Below, piece after piece: positions 63,384 to 64,000 of a DNA stretch of 64,000 nucleotides. The notes under the pieces are model-generated. The model ran no database searches, had not been told where the DNA came from, and saw only the letters and a list, made by a program, of their open reading frames with translations. The DNA lies in the NCBI GenBank assembly GCA_012295275.1, contig CM022675.1, forward strand, positions 15,872,001 to 15,936,000. Reading direction: 5' to 3'. The stretch comes from Chrysomallon squamiferum. Lineage: Eukaryota > Animalia > Mollusca. Each line of letters opens with the position of its first letter. Within the stretch, counting starts at the first letter, position 1. The position numbers and the translations under genes are program-made.

Positions 63384-64000
63384 CAACAATAATAAATGGC
63401 TTTGGCTTGTGAATGTTCTGTGCTAGCAAGAACAAAGCTAACATTTCTATCACAGTTTTGTAATCAAAGCTTATTCTAGTGCAATATTGTCAGATATTAA
63501 ATACTAAATGAGGTTATGTTTTTGGTGTACTGCACCCCTCCAGTGATTAATATAAATGTAGAATATTTTCTGTTTTTTTTTTTTTTTGTTTATCTCCAAA
63601 GTAAATTTCCAGTATTATTTTAAATTATATTATATTATCTTATTATCATTGTAATGTAATTTGTATTAAAAGATTTAAGAGATATGGTAGGAAATATTTT
63701 AGGATTTTAAATATCAGATGATATACAAAATGCTCTGAAGGCTGGCTCAGACAAAGATATACTTCAAAGAATTTCCTTACAAAACAGTAAAACAGTAATT
63801 ATCCTGCCATTATCAACTATTCTAAACATCTAAAAAAATATGTCAAAAAATAAAAAAGTAAAAATTAAATACTGAAATATTTTCCACATCATAAATATAA
63901 ATTCTGAAACGAAACTGTTTCAGATATCTTTACTTCCAGTATTTACATTTAATACATTAATATGAACTTCTTGTTCCTGCCATAAAAGAGTTCTAATTAT

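Noticed and set aside
60000-64000. Search for a further gene or RNA gene after SMUG1
   Set aside because: AT-rich UTR-like or intergenic sequence with no supportable exon, tRNA or rRNA.

Overview
AT-rich, intron-rich animal genomic DNA with many microsatellites; repeat style and gene content suggest a mollusc, probably a gastropod (inference). Reading the exons by hand gives: (1) the 3' part of a V-ATPase V0 subunit a gene (+, 12 exons, 658-14742, plus a candidate 27-nt microexon); (2) an NHL-repeat (TRIM2/3/71-like propeller) gene (-, about 20702-22332); (3) a type I membrane receptor gene not recovered as a whole by the ORF track (-, 31330-38261): signal exon, five tandem 51-nt mucin-stalk exons, TM exon and a tail with four ITIM-consensus and one ITSM-consensus motif; (4) a MULE transposase remnant; (5) a decayed LRR/FN3/TM receptor pseudogene; (6) CHMP5 (-) head-to-head with SMUG1 (+). 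Tigger/pogo-like MITEs and SINE-like remnants are also present. The most striking unexplained pattern is minisatellites whose repeat unit is the exon-intron junction itself. They create rows of decoy splice sites, young and decayed, at several junctions in two housekeeping genes. Most short ORFs in the supplied track are microsatellite artefacts. Family assignments come from recalled motifs; no database search was run.
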